Numbered from the whole stretch's first letter, positions 49,564 to 62,800 are shown. The stretch: DNA of 63,959 nt, filler included, from Basidiobolus ranarum (GCA_040143965.1; 55 parts of 55 records of this genome joined end to end with filler, not necessarily neighbours in it), one strand, 5' to 3'. The notes: generated by a model not told the origin, from the sequence alone. Numbers and translations: made by a program.

Positions 49564-51296
49564 TGCACACATGTTCCTAGGACCTTCCTGAGCACCAACA
49601 ATTTCTCTAATTCTCCAAACCACTTCCAACATGCTCCCAACTACTTTAGCATATTGAACTTATTTATAAGTGCTCTACTGGTAATACACTACCCCCATAA
49701 TGGCAAGTCAAGAAAAGCTATTTTTTTCATTGACTTTTATAAATCAACATTGATATTCAGGGTATTATTGCACTCCCATAGATTATGTACTAGGTTTATA
49801 ACTCTATAAGTTTCTATAGCTTCATTTCATATTGACTGTCCTTCAATTGCAAGTAAATCAAATGTTTAAATCTAAATCAAACTCCAAATACCTGCTATGC
49901 AAAAGGCATGTTGGCAATATTCTTGATCTTATATTAGCCATCCAATCAAGCTTATTTGATGGCACAAATCTGATAAAGTCTAATCCTCTGCCAGCAACTC
50001 AATGGACTTTCCCTATTTGTTGAACTGCAGGTTTNNNNNNNNNNNNNNNNNNNNNNNNNNNNNNNNNNNNNNNNNNNNTTAATTAATTAANNNNNNNNNN
50101 NNNNNNNNNNNNNNNNNNNNNNNNNNNNNNNNNNAGTTGACGCAGATATTTTTATATTGCCAAGAAGTAAATTTCCATTTAATACGAGTATTGTAGTTTT
50201 TGCTAGGGGGGTTCACCAAGTCATTACATTCCTTATTATTTGCGAAACACACCTTACGCAGATAATGTAATACAACAAACAGAAGAAATCACCTTTCCAA
50301 TGGTTTAATACTCGGTGCTACTTCTTATGTAATATCCATGATGCAAGTGAGATCTGAGCACATGGTTTTAAAGGTACACAAGTGACACCACACCTAGCAT
50401 ACTATATTCTATTAACGATTCTCTATGTTTCAGCAACCTCCTTGGGTGTGGACTGCTATCCAGCTGCTGGTTTATTTTCGGGGGAGATACTCTACTTTTT
50501 TTCGCACCTGTTGATCAGAGAACAAATGTGCAATACTTCGGTATGGTATGGATAACTCTCGGTTGGCCATAACCCTAACCCTAAAAGATACCCTGATAAG
50601 CTGATCAATATACAATACAGTTGCTCTCTTACCCCCCAGAAAGGCTAAATATCATCTTTTTTTTTGGCCCAGACATCGGGCACACACACACAGGCAGACC
50701 CTCGCTCTCACTCAACCCTGGTTAATTCATACTTTAATTAGAATTGAGTGAGTCCCATGTCTTACTTCCGTAGGATGTGTGGTTTGAAAGAGGAAGGATG
50801 TGGCTACATATATTCCCTCACTTTTTATTTTACTTTGCTTTGATTTGATCCCAAACCCCATCCATCCCATCTCTTTTTAAGGATGTAGCAATCCGATGTG
50901 TATTTACTCCCAATTCATCCAAAAATTCAAACAAATTCAAAACATCAATTGCATTCCACGCCTGCTTTGAGCACATCCTAATCCATCCCTAGTGATACAA
51001 TTTGAATAATATCTATATATATATATATATAATTCATAGCTATTGTGGCTTATCTTTTCATGCAAGCGATATGGAATTTACTTTTATGACGTCGTTCCTC
51101 CATTTTCGTTGGTTTTAGGGTTTAGCAAAGATATGTTGTTTTTGTTTAACCGCGTGGAAAATCTTGATCTACGTTGATAAAAATATTTTGTATAACNNNN
51201 NNNNNNNNNNNNNNNNNNNNNNNNNNNNNNNNNNNNNNNNTTAATTAATTAANNNNNNNNNNNNNNNNNNNNNNNNNNNNNNNNNNNNNNNNNNNN

Positions 51297-52358
51297 TATA
51301 TATCTGAGAACTTCTAAGTTGGTAAAAATATTCTAAGTAAATTCCGATTGAGAATAATTGATAATATCTAAGTGAATTACAAGATAACTAAGTACTAAGC
51401 TATATATAACTATATAGGTGCTTAGGCAATGCTAATTTCAACATCCAGAGCCAATGCAAATGCATGATAATACATGTCTCAAATAAACCTTGACTTTCCA
51501 GAGTCTGGTATTGATCTCCATCAAGTATACTGGTAATACCATCAGCTTTATGGTGAGTTCTTTGGTATTGGATCAATGATCTATATCTGAGTGATTTTAT
51601 CCAAACTTTAAGATGGGTAATGAATGGTATGTAGGCCAAAAATGAGCAATATTTACCTGATTCAGTGATTGCAAATTGCATGCAAACAGTATATGACTTC
51701 AGGTTATTCAGATCACCAATGAAAGCCAAACAACCATTTGGACAGGAAGGTAGTTTAATTACTGAAGGATAAGTCATACTATTGACAAGTGTTTTCCACT
51801 TGTACCAGATCTGTGGCAAGCAACTGTTGCCAATCAACTCTGGTAAAATGGCAAGAAAATCAATTAACACCTGTTTGTTAAGCTTGGTTTGAACTCTCCA
51901 CTCCTCACTAATCAAAGCTGCTTCCTTTACTGTAAGTGTTATGAGTGGACTAATGCTTGCCAATGACAATGAGTCCATAACAAACCATTTTCTTCTTCTT
52001 CAACTACTGATATAGTACCATCAGTACTGGAATAACCAAAGTCAATATCTAGCAGCTAGTCCTCAAAGTTGTCTGGACTTACTGGCTTGACCAAAGTTGC
52101 ATCACTACATACATCATTCTGGTCATATAACCAAGGTAACTCCACAGTATCTTGACTTTTGGCAGTTTTACCAAACCTTTGAGGCAAAGCACAGTCAGTG
52201 GACTCATTGGCCAAAACTAAAGTTGATTTTGAGCACTTATTACTGTTGATATTCAGCAGGTTTGTGCAGCTAGTGGTGTTGTACAGTGGCCATACCTGTA
52301 ATTAGTTTTTCTATGCAGCCTCTGCTTTCATAGCACCAGAATTTGTGACAATAATAGC
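51297..52358 (-). mobile_element. CACTA transposase N-terminal half, with a copia C LTR (51297-51442) inserted
   Basis: KEAALISEEWRVQ and CPNGC motifs; junction TTTCAACA|TCCAGAGCC. Confidence 0.9.
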
Positions 52359-53007
52359 NNNNNNNNNNNNNNNNNNNNNNNNNNNNNNNNNNNNNNNNNN
52401 NNTTAATTAATTAANNNNNNNNNNNNNNNNNNNNNNNNNNNNNNNNNNNNNNNNNNNNACGTATATACAAAGCATTAAAACAAGGCATTGGCAATTTGTT
52501 GTATTGGAGATACGCTAATGGAGGTATGTGTACAACGTTGAACGCTTCAAGCAAGATTGAAGAAGGTAGATACATATTCTCAAGCACCTAGATCGGAATT
52601 GGTATAGAACCGGTTATTATCACTAGGAGCAGCTCCAAATCCACAGATTTAGCCATAAACAACGATTTGGCTACGATTATGAGATCAAGCAGTATCCAAT
52701 CTGGATTGAGCCTAACTTATTTCTTAATTCATTCCCACCTCCCCAATAGTTGAACTTGGGAAAACAACCTATACGGGGATAAATCACGTTTATAAAATCA
52801 GTTTGGGATAGCTAGATCGAATGTCTCACAGTTGACAAACAATCGTACGTTGCACACTAGTTTAATCAATCGGTGGTAAATAATATTGAGCATAAACAAA
52901 TTTATATATGATCGTGCACAACCGCCATAGCACAAGTAGTAATTAAGAATAAAAGCTTTATATAAATTTCAAATATGAAAGTGGGACTATACGTTGCATG
53001 AGGGGTT

Positions 53008-53517
53008 CTAATCTGCAGAACTTCGAGAATCTGAGTAACAAATTGGGTTAATGTCTTGTTCATTTTCATATACAGTAGGCCACTTGTACAACGCAATCTC
53101 GGAGCTGGCTTTGCTATGAGAGGTAATAGCAGTCTTTGATACAATATCCCATGATTCTAACATCTCTTTCAATAATAGTTCTTGTTTAGCTTTAGAGTTG
53201 GAAACTGCTAATATGACTCCCGCCACTAAAACTATTACAACCCAAAATAACCCAGTTATCCAAGAAAATTGTACTTTAGATACTGAGCCTTTAATTTGAA
53301 CTTTCATATCGCCGAAATTCATCAGTATCGCTTCTCTGAGAAACTCGTTAATTGTTTCGCTAAAGATTTGGTGCGCTGGCTGATTGTAGCCAAGGGTACT
53401 GTATATACCATATTTGATGGTTGCTGCCTCCTTGATTATATTGATAGCTTTTTCTTTCCAGTTGTCTGCAGTCTCAAGCCATACATTCAGCTTCTGGTTA
53501 TCAAGCTGTGCCAGAGT
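53008..53517 (-). CDS. C-terminal 169 aa of an unknown membrane protein with one TM helix
   Basis: Frame open from the contig edge (TLAQLDNQKL...); TM WITGLFWVVIVLVAGVILAV; CpG retained. Confidence 0.65.
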   Translation of the reverse strand, partial: TLAQLDNQKLNVWLETADNWKEKAINIIKEAATIKYGIYSTLGYNQPAHQIFSETINEFLREAILMNFGDMKVQIKGSVSKVQFSWITGLFWVVIVLVAGVILAVSNSKAKQELLLKEMLESWDIVSKTAITSHSKASSEIALYKWPTVYENEQDINPICYSDSRSSAD

Positions 53518-53619
53518 TTNNNNNNNNNNNNNNNNNNNNNNNNNNNNNNNNNNNNNNNNNNNNTTAATTAATTAANNNNNNNNNNNNNNNNNNNNNNNNN
53601 NNNNNNNNNNNNNNNNNNN

Positions 53620-54680
53620 GTAATGTTAAAGAGTGCTTTTCCCTCAGCACCAATCCTGGCACATACCAAGCAAAACAAGCCAGTTATTGTTGAAACAGAT
53701 GCATCACACTTTGCTCTAGGAGCAGTATTATCACAGTTTGATGAAGACAACTTACTGCACCCTGTTGCCTTTTACTCAAGAAAGTTCTCTGCCACAGAAA
53801 TCAACCATGACATCTATGACAAGGAACTATCAGCAATCATTGCTGAATTTGAACAATGGCAACAACCCTTGGATGGAGCAAATCACAAAATCACAGTTTA
53901 TTATGATCACAAGAATCTAAAGTATTCAATTACAACCAATGTTATCAACCATTGTCAAGCAATATGATAATTATTTCTTGCCAGTTTTGATTTTGTGATT
54001 ACATATCAACCAGGTAGACAGCAACAAAAACCTAATGCCTTATCACATAGAGCAGAATATTAGCCTAAAGAAGGGGATGAGGCCTTTGGCCAACAAAATA
54101 CTTCCTTACTGAAGCCCCACCAACTTCAAATTAGTGCAACTGCCCTTTCTCTGCATAGTTCAAGCACATTTCATAAAGACATCTGCAAATTTCAATCTAA
54201 AGACCCATTAGTCATATCAATCAAGAAAGCCCAGGATACACCCAAACACCTTTCAAGCTTGAACTTGTACCACCATTTCTCTATCATCTATGATCTCTTG
54301 TTTTATAAGAAGCACCTTTAAATTCCAGACCACACTTGCAGACTCAAAATCATGCAGGAAAGACATGACTCACCACTAGCAGGACACTTTGGTGTTGCCA
54401 AATCATATATGTTGGTATCCAGGGATTATTGGTGGCCCAAAATGTTTGCATTTGTAAAGACTTATGTTCCCACCTGTAATACTTGTGCTCAAGTGAAGAC
54501 TCCAAGACATCTGCCCTATGGCCTCCTACAGCCACTTCCAATTCTTGATCAGTGGTGGAAATCCATATTCCTGGATTTTGTAACTGATCTGCCCTTGTCT
54601 GCCAAATATGATTTAATTCTGATAATTGTTGACTATCTAACAAAAATGGCCCACTTTGTGCCATGCAACAAGTCAATTGA
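53620..54680 (+). mobile_element. Ty3/gypsy RNase H and integrase (degenerate)
   Basis: VETDASHFALGAVL, YDKEL, HDSPLAGHFG, CNTC, LDFVTDLP and VDYLTKMAHF motifs. Confidence 0.96.
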
Positions 54681-54780
54681 NNNNNNNNNNNNNNNNNNNN
54701 NNNNNNNNNNNNNNNNNNNNNNNNTTAATTAATTAANNNNNNNNNNNNNNNNNNNNNNNNNNNNNNNNNNNNNNNNNNNN

Positions 54781-55841
54781 TCTAAGAGGTGCTTACAATC
54801 TTGTAAGAATCAAACCAGGAGACCAATGGGAATCTGTCTTTCAAACTTGCTATGGACACTTTGAATACTATGTCATGCCATTTGGATTTACCAATGCCCC
54901 TGCAGTCTTTCAACACATGATGAATGACTTCTTCAGAGAGTATCTTGAGCAATTTGTGGTAATCTACCTTGACAATATTTTGGTGTGCTCAAGCTCTCAA
55001 GAAGAACATAATATTCATATTTCCAAAGTCCTAGAAAAGCTAAAAACCTCTGAGCTCTATGCTAAACTTGAGAAATGTGAATTTGAACAAGCTCAAGTTG
55101 AATTCCTTGGATATAATATCAGCACATCAGGCATCTCCATGGACCCTAAGAAGGTTGAATCTGTTCTGTCCTGGGATATTCCCAAAAATGTGAAGGATGT
55201 CCAATTGTTCCTTCAATTTGCAAACTATACCCATGGTTTGTCAACAACTACTCCAAAATATCTGCTCCATTAACAAATCTCACAAAGAAAGAACTCCCAT
55301 TTGACTGGAACCCATCTTGCCAACAAGCATTTGTAACTTTAAAGAGTGCTTTTACCTCAGCACCAATCCTGGCGCATCCCAAGCTAGATAAACCATTTAT
55401 TGTTGAAACTGATGCATCCAACTTTGCTCTAGGAGCAGTACTTTCACAGTTTGATGATGACAACTTACTGCACCCTGTTGCCTTTTACTCAAGAAAGTTC
55501 TCTGCTGCAGAAATCAACTATGACATCTATGACAAAGAACTATTAGCAATTATTGCTGCATTTGAACAATGGCAACAATACTTGAATGGAGCAAATCACA
55601 AAATCACACTTTATTGCAATCATAAGAATCCACAGTATTTTAGTACAACAAAAGTTCTCAACTGTTGTCAAGCAAGATGGTCATTATTTCTTGCCAGTTT
55701 TGAATTTGTGATTACATATTGACCAGGTAACCAGCAAGGAAAGCCCAATGCCTTATCATGTAGAGCAGAATATCAGCCTAAAGAAGGGGATGAGGCCTTT
55801 GGCCAACAAAATACTTCCTTACTGAAGCCCCACCAACTTCA
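54781..55841 (+). mobile_element. Ty3/gypsy RT and RNase H (degenerate)
   Basis: MPFGFTNAPAVFQ, YLDN (for YLDD), KCEF and ETDASNFALGAVL motifs. Confidence 0.96.
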
Positions 55842-55941
55842 NNNNNNNNNNNNNNNNNNNNNNNNNNNNNNNNNNNNNNNNNNNNTTAATTAATTAANNN
55901 NNNNNNNNNNNNNNNNNNNNNNNNNNNNNNNNNNNNNNNNN

Positions 55942-57002
55942 CACTACAAGGACGTACAAAAATAGTCAAAGTGCTTGAGGAGTATTTTCAAAAGTATGAA
56001 GGGAAAAACGCAGTGCAAGTATGCAGAAAGTGGCTTCAGAAGAAGAACATTCAACTTGACATTCAGTCTGGTGTTGACCATGCAGATATCTGGGAAGAAC
56101 TTAATACAGAGTGGCACAATATTACAGGGTATCTGCCAGATAGCTGGAAGAATGTTGATTAAGCAACATTAATACAATGGTGGGCTTTGATGGAGATATT
56201 GATACAATCTTGTATTGAGTATGAGCCAAACCTTGGGTATGAAGAACTCTATAAAAATATTCAGGAGAATATATCAAAGAGATTAGGGATTTCAAAGGTG
56301 CCAAATTAGCATTCAAGTGGTAATTGTGTAAAATTTGAGTTACATGTTTTGCACATGTGTTCCCTATATCCATAGTTCTCTGGGATTGTAGCTAATTATG
56401 TGCAATTATTTTGCAAGATCTTGAAATTTCACTCCTGAAACTGCAAAAATTGATGAAAATCAAATCTAACTTGACAATTTTATGACAGTAAGTAAATGGT
56501 CAATCCCAAATGGACTAAAATTGTGATGGCTTTCCTATGAAAACAATCCTCAAATTTCTGTTATGGGTATTGTGACTTATCAAAATGAATTTTAGCCCCT
56601 CAGAGGTGTCCTTGCATACAGATATTAAATTCTTGGCAATATTTGGAACATGTAGTACATCCTTGAAAGTATACACTATCTCTTCAGAAGCTCCATTGAA
56701 ATTGACTTGAATTGTTCCCATTCCAATAGCATCCAGTGTGCAGCCATCTCCTATCAAAACCTTTCTAATTGGGAATTCTTCACAATCCACAACCAATGTT
56801 TTTCATTTGTGAAATGTAGGGAAGCTCTAGAATCAATATACCATACTGGAGAATCCTTGTTGGTAGTCACAGATAGAGCAGATATGAACAAGTGATCTTC
56901 TGTTGTAATCACATTTAGGAATGTTCCCCATAGCCTATTAAAGCATTTTCTTCATACTTTTGGTTGGGTCCCAATTTGCATATATCTTCATCCAGAAGTC
57001 TG
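55942..57002. mobile_element. CACTA ORF2 end and terminus B (to 56567), inserted in a copia protease region (minus)
   Basis: WYIDSRAS and VLHVPNIAKNLISV on the minus strand. Confidence 0.85.
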
Positions 57003-57449
57003 NNNNNNNNNNNNNNNNNNNNNNNNNNNNNNNNNNNNNNNNNNNNTTAATTAATTAANNNNNNNNNNNNNNNNNNNNNNNNNNNNNNNNNNNNNNNNNN
57101 NNCCACACTGAGAATATATTTCTTTTGTCAAAATCCTTCCATATAGTCTCAAAGAAGTGATTCTTTTCTTCTTTAAGTTCAAAGCATTGACTTAAAGACA
57201 GCACAAAGATAGCTAAGATTATCATAAGGATTATTTTCAAAACGCTCTTTTCCCATCCATCCATCAATCTCTTTAGTCTAAAGGCACACTTTAAAGTTGT
57301 CTTTAACACTTTCTTTCAGTGAAAGGTATATCTTCTATTGATATCTTTAAGCTTCCAGTAAATATAAATTCAGCTTAGCCAAAGATTGGTAGTGGAATAT
57401 TAGTCTTTTCATTTTAAAGATTGATAACACACCCCCATTCCACACTACA

Positions 57450-58163
57450 ACAGAGCATCATTTCACCACAGGTGCGCTCCATTGGGAACTCCCAGAATGT
57501 ATAGCAAGGGCCTATAATCTCTAAGCATTGTGAAAGATGCAGCAGGGAATGTATTGAATACCGGCATAGATTCAGTCTATCTTCTTTAAACCTGTAATAA
57601 AGTTTTTCATATCCAATTACAAAATCTTTGCACAGTTGCTGTATCTGCCTGAGATCTGCCAATGCAAGTTGATGTGGTAAGAATATATTAATAATATGTA
57701 CAAACAACTCCCAATGTTGCCAATACTTATCAGGCAGAAATCTTTTCAAAATTCCAATTGAATATATTCAAAACCAATACTTCCAGTCTCTGCATTTGAA
57801 TAAATGCCTAGGTGAGTGGATATTGATGGGAGTCCTGGTAAAATATGATGGTATCTTGATGTTTTCAAGTACTTTCCAATCAATTCAAACTTTGATCCTT
57901 TCTTGAATGGCTCATTCATATTAAATTTTCCACTATATAGCTGAGTAAGTAGTATTGCAATGTTGTTGAATAGTAAGTACATGGTGCCTAATGGGAAGCT
58001 CTGGCTCCAGCTGATCCCCTTTAGCAATATAATCTTAGGCTTACGGCTAATACCAAGTTTTCTATTAGACTGACTATTTGGTGAATTGACATCAGTGAGC
58101 ATGTTGAAATCTGACCAGGCTCTTGACGGTAAAATCATGAAGTTTAGTGTTGTATTTGGATAG
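57450..58163 (-). mobile_element. CACTA transposase C-terminal half, interrupted at 57449 by an LTR-like insertion starting TGTAGTG
   Basis: HSLLHL...FWEFPMERTCGEMM. Confidence 0.9.
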
Positions 58164-58263
58164 NNNNNNNNNNNNNNNNNNNNNNNNNNNNNNNNNNNNN
58201 NNNNNNNTTAATTAATTAANNNNNNNNNNNNNNNNNNNNNNNNNNNNNNNNNNNNNNNNNNNN

Positions 58264-59323
58264 AGTGCAAGTATGCAGAAAGTGGCTTTGGAAGAAGAAC
58301 ATTCAACTTGACATTCAGTCTGGTGTTGACCGTGCAGATATCTGGGAAGAACTTAATACAGAGTGGCACAATATCGCAGGGTATCCACCAGATAGCTGGA
58401 AGAATGTTGATTCAGCAACATTAATACAATGGTGGGCTTTGATGGAGATATTGACACAAACTTTTGTTGGGTATGAGCTAAACCTTAGGTATGAAGAATC
58501 CTATAAAAATATCCAGGAAAATATATCAAAGAGACTAGGGATTTTGATGGTGACAAATTAGCGTTCAAGTGGTAATTGTGTAAAATTTGAGTTACATATT
58601 TCACACATGTGTTGATCCATAGTTCTCTGAGATTTTAGCCAATCATTTACAACTATTTTGCAAGATCTTGAAATTTCACTCCTGAAACTGAAGAAATTGA
58701 TTAAAATCAAATCTAACTTGACAATTTCATGACGGTAAGTAAACGGTCAACCCCAAATGGATTAAAATTGTGACAGTTTTCCTACAATAACAATCCTCAA
58801 ATTTCTGTTAGGGAATTACATAGTAAATCAATAGTTGAGAAAAGTTCAACTAAAACACCATCAGGACCATCAACTTCCAAAATGGCCACCTTGCCCACTA
58901 GTGAACAACCCTCCATAGAAAATTTGGATAGTATTATTGCAACAAGGGAATCAAAGGCAGAACACCATAATGAATTGTATGCATTCATAAGTAAAAACTA
59001 TGAAGATGCTATACAGGCCATGACAAGCAATAATGTTGCAATATTGCAATTAATGCAGCATTCAGAAGCAACTAGTCAACAGTTCAAGAGTCACTCAACA
59101 ATTATACAAGACCTTCAGAATGCTGTACTTGAGCTACAGCAATATGCTGCTCCCTCCATCTATTCTCATATGGGATTTCAAACAATTCCACACCATACAT
59201 ATGAGCATCACTGTGACAATCTAGCAGAGCAGAATATGTGTTGGACCATTAAGCCTACATAACAACCCAAAATTGCTTGGGCACATGAAAGTAGAAATCT
59301 CATAGGAAAACCAGCAAACCAAA
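58264..59323 (+). mobile_element. CACTA ORF2 end and terminus B (ends GTTAGGG at 58813), nested in ORF2 of another copy
   Basis: After 58813 the sequence resumes mid-ORF2 (SKSIVEKSSTKT...). Confidence 0.88.
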
Positions 59324-59423
59324 NNNNNNNNNNNNNNNNNNNNNNNNNNNNNNNNNNNNNNNNNNNNTTAATTAATTAANNNNNNNNNNNNNNNNNNNNN
59401 NNNNNNNNNNNNNNNNNNNNNNN

Positions 59424-59500
59424 TTGCTACCATCGGCATAGAATGCACCATTGTAACTGGTGATGGCAAGGAGAGCTTTGCGAGGAAGAGTTGCGGACAT
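59424..59500 (-). CDS. HSP31: Hsp31/glyoxalase III (DJ-1/PfpI family) N-terminus, missed by the ORF track
   Basis: MSATLPRKALLAITSYNGAFYADGS resembles the yeast Hsp31 start (KKVLLALTSYNDVFYSDG); TATAAATA lies ~60 nt upstream. Confidence 0.82.
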
Positions 59501-60582
59501 AGTAAAGATTAATTATTCAGAAGAGTTATGGTTACACACTAACCTTCATTAACCTTATTTATACTATGTTTGATGACAAATGTTTAGGAAGCTTCTACGT
59601 TCATTCTTTGCCTGGTTCAACTGTTCAAACCTTCCTACTTTTCGTATAGAATCTTATGGAATCCAGATTACACCATAGTTGCTGACAAATCCAAACTAAC
59701 CTTAAATATCTCTACGCATTCTAGCCATCATATCTTATCTAATTCTATAATTGGTTAATCATAATATATAATCTGGAATATAAAGAAAATCTATGTGATG
59801 ATTGGCTCAAAGTGGTAATTACTGACATTGATTTTATATGTTTGACCTGAACTTGTTCGTAACAACATGATCTCTATATAGACCAAGTCAAAGCCCGACA
59901 AAAGTACTAACCAAATAAATTATGGTGTCCTAATAAACCAGCTGACTTAGTTATTACATCACTCTTCCAAATATGGTCTGTATATCTATATTGCGTATTG
60001 CATACGGAGGTTGCATTAGCGTTCAAAGGGTAAGTATGCTAGACATGTCTAAATTCTATGTTCTAGAGCTAAGACACTAATAGAATATCACCTCATGCAA
60101 CCGGTAACATCAGCAAGGTGGATGAAATGATATAAATTCTTGTTTTCGATGAAATACTCGACAGTATTTATACTTAAGTTCCTTGCAAGCTTGTTTAAGT
60201 ACTGGCATAGGACAAGTTACTTATTTTGATGATGCGCGTTCAATCTAATCAAGTGTGCCGCCCAAGTGTGCCGCCAATAGAAGAATATAAAATATCTTCG
60301 ATAAACAATTGAGATGGAGCCCAAGTAACTCTACAAGTGATTAACGACATGGCAAATTCAATAGCCTTTGTGCATGGTAGTTTTTAGAACTTCTATACCA
60401 CTTCGAAGACTTTCCTTTAAGTGTTTCCCATACCTGATGTTTGTTATTACCATACCCTTTGTCATTAGTCTTTAGCCTTTCTNNNNNNNNNNNNNNNNNN
60501 NNNNNNNNNNNNNNNNNNNNNNNNNNTTAATTAATTAANNNNNNNNNNNNNNNNNNNNNNNNNNNNNNNNNNNNNNNNNNNN

Positions 60583-60667
60583 ACAATATTGTGACGGTTC
60601 TCTGACGGTTTTGCTATTTCGGAGGGTGGATCCGATCCGGATCAAATCGATTTTATTTTTGTTAGGG
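60583..60667 (-). mobile_element. CACTA terminus A, CpG-intact, inserted in chromovirus gag
   Basis: Ends TTTTTGTTAGGG. Confidence 0.9.
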
Positions 60668-61641
60668 AGTACCAAATAAGTTTGATGGCACTTGCCAAAA
60701 CTATTGTGGTTTTGTTAACTAAGTAAAGCTCATCATCCAGTTACATCCCCATTGCTACCCCTCTAACTAAACAAAAGTAGGCTTAGTGGGAACACTTTAA
60801 TCAGGAACAGCTCTGTCTTGGCTTGCTCCTTTGATGGAAAGTCAATCTCCACTTCTTTCAAACTTCCTTGCCTTTCTTGCTTAAGTGGAAGCCACATTTG
60901 GAAATACATATAAGGAAACAACTTCAGCCACCAAGCTTTGTGCTCTTAAACAAGGGTCAAAGCCTGCATCAACTTATGCTACAGAATTCCATCTTCTTGA
61001 CTGTGAACTCAATTATGGATAATCTGCCCTGATCAACCAATTCCAACATGGACTCCAAGAAAATATTAAGGATCTTTTACCCACTATGGCTGCCCCAGTG
61101 ACCTGACTGATGCTATCCATTGGGCAGTTAAATGTGACAACCTGTTTTTTGAAAGACAAAAACAAAGAAATATGGCTCTTTTCTTCTCTCCTTTCTCATC
61201 TACTTTCAGACCTTCCTTCCATCAAACACAAAATACAACTCAAGCAGAAGACCCAATGCAAATTTATGGAACTTGACTCAGAAAGCTTAGCCCTGAGAAG
61301 AAATATTAACACCAACAAGAGAATCTATGCCTCTATTGTGGAGCTCCTGGACATATAGCAAGAACCTGCCCAAAAAAGAATTATGGATTTAGGATCAACA
61401 GTATGCAAGTAGAAAAGAACTCTTCCCAACCCTTGGAAAACTTCAGCACCCAGCTGAAATAAGTGGCATGCAATTGGGCCATTCATCTCCAAAAATGTTT
61501 CTTCACCATACATTGCATTCTCTGCAGTCATACCAATCATTAAAGCTGCCCATTACACTTATGCTACCAAATTCCAAGTCAATAAAAACAACTGCACTTC
61601 TTGCTTCAGGTGCTTCCTCCTGTTTTATTGACTCTGCCTTT
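60668..61641 (+). mobile_element. Chromovirus gag (CX2CX4HX4C knuckle), -1 frameshift site and protease start
   Basis: CLYCGAPGHIARTC; gag stop at 61460; ALLASGASSCFID in the -1 frame. Confidence 0.92.
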
Positions 61642-61854
61642 NNNNNNNNNNNNNNNNNNNNNNNNNNNNNNNNNNNNNNNNNNNNTTAATTAATTAANNN
61701 NNNNNNNNNNNNNNNNNNNNNNNNNNNNNNNNNNNNNNNNNTCATATTCGGTATGATGCAATTATGGCATTCCTATTTACAATGTTTGAGGACCATCCGA
61801 CTACTCGTCGTTCAGAAATTAATTCTTTTGTGATTCTTGAAATCACTACCCCCC

Positions 61855-62635
61855 TAGATTCTTGGAATATTTGATGATTGATTGAGTTTTGGCCAATCAA
61901 AACTTAATTGTGCTGGAACATTCCATGCCTTTCTGGATTATTTTACAACATTCCTGAACATTTTGTGGATTACAAATCTTATAATTTATGGTGATATCAT
62001 CACCCCAGATCCCCGCCAATAAGATTCTCTGGAACCTTCCAGATATTTCTTATTAGTAATCATTTCTACCATCAGAAAAGTATAAATACGAGCCATATCT
62101 TTTCAAATAAAAATCATCCGGGTTTTCAACTAACATTTACTACTTGTGATTACTCCTTATTCTTGTCACCACTTATGAGACCTCTGAAGAGTAAGCTCAA
62201 GAGAGACTGCTAGAGGTAGTTACAGGCTACTATGTGACTAGAAAGGACTTGACCAGCTCAAAGGAAGTACCGACAGGTAGTTGTTGTATTTCTGATACTT
62301 TATATTTTTTTGTCTGTATAGGCAAGGAACTTTTCATATCCTTGGATAAAATCACTACTAGTGCATTTTTGTTCAAGACCCTGCTGGCTGAGTTTACAGT
62401 TGTTTTTGATTGGATATACCCATCTTATCTGATCATTCTCAAAGGATGTTGAAGCCAGTATATTCTTTTGTCAGGTGCCAGCATATTATTCCACAGAAAG
62501 CTGGACATTGCATTGTGGTGTATTGATCCTTAGACAATTCTAGAGGCTTGATTGCCTTTCACAAAGACCCAAGAGGCAAGAGACAGACCCTTATTACAGT
62601 ATATCCCAGAGTTATTCAACTGTGGTTATTACACC
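61855..62635 (+). mobile_element. Second HSE-LTR copy (to ~62230), followed by gypsy-like 5' leader
   Basis: Aligns with 5495-5746; 62430-62540 is homologous to the leader at 5005-5110. Confidence 0.7.
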
Positions 62636-62800
62636 CCCTAACAAATATAAAATTGATTTGATCAAGAGCAGATCCACCCTCCAAAAGAGCAAAACCATCA
62701 GAGAACCATCACAATATTGGTAGCTTGCATTCTGCCAGGGATTTTGAATATGGGACAACAGTTTCTTGACCGTAGTTTGATGGTATTCATACATGTTAAA
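62636..62800 (+). mobile_element. CACTA terminus A
   Basis: CCCTAACAAATAT and AAAACCATCAGAGAACCATCAC. Confidence 0.88.

Noticed and set aside
51014-51031. (TA)n run
   Set aside because: Ordinary short microsatellite.
13443-59500. Apparent stress-gene cluster (HSP104, aquaporin, HSP31)
   Set aside because: The genes are on separate contigs ordered only by length, so there is no linkage information.
59585-59665. HSE upstream of HSP31
   Set aside because: Only 2-unit or imperfect matches (GAAgcTTC), which are expected by chance.
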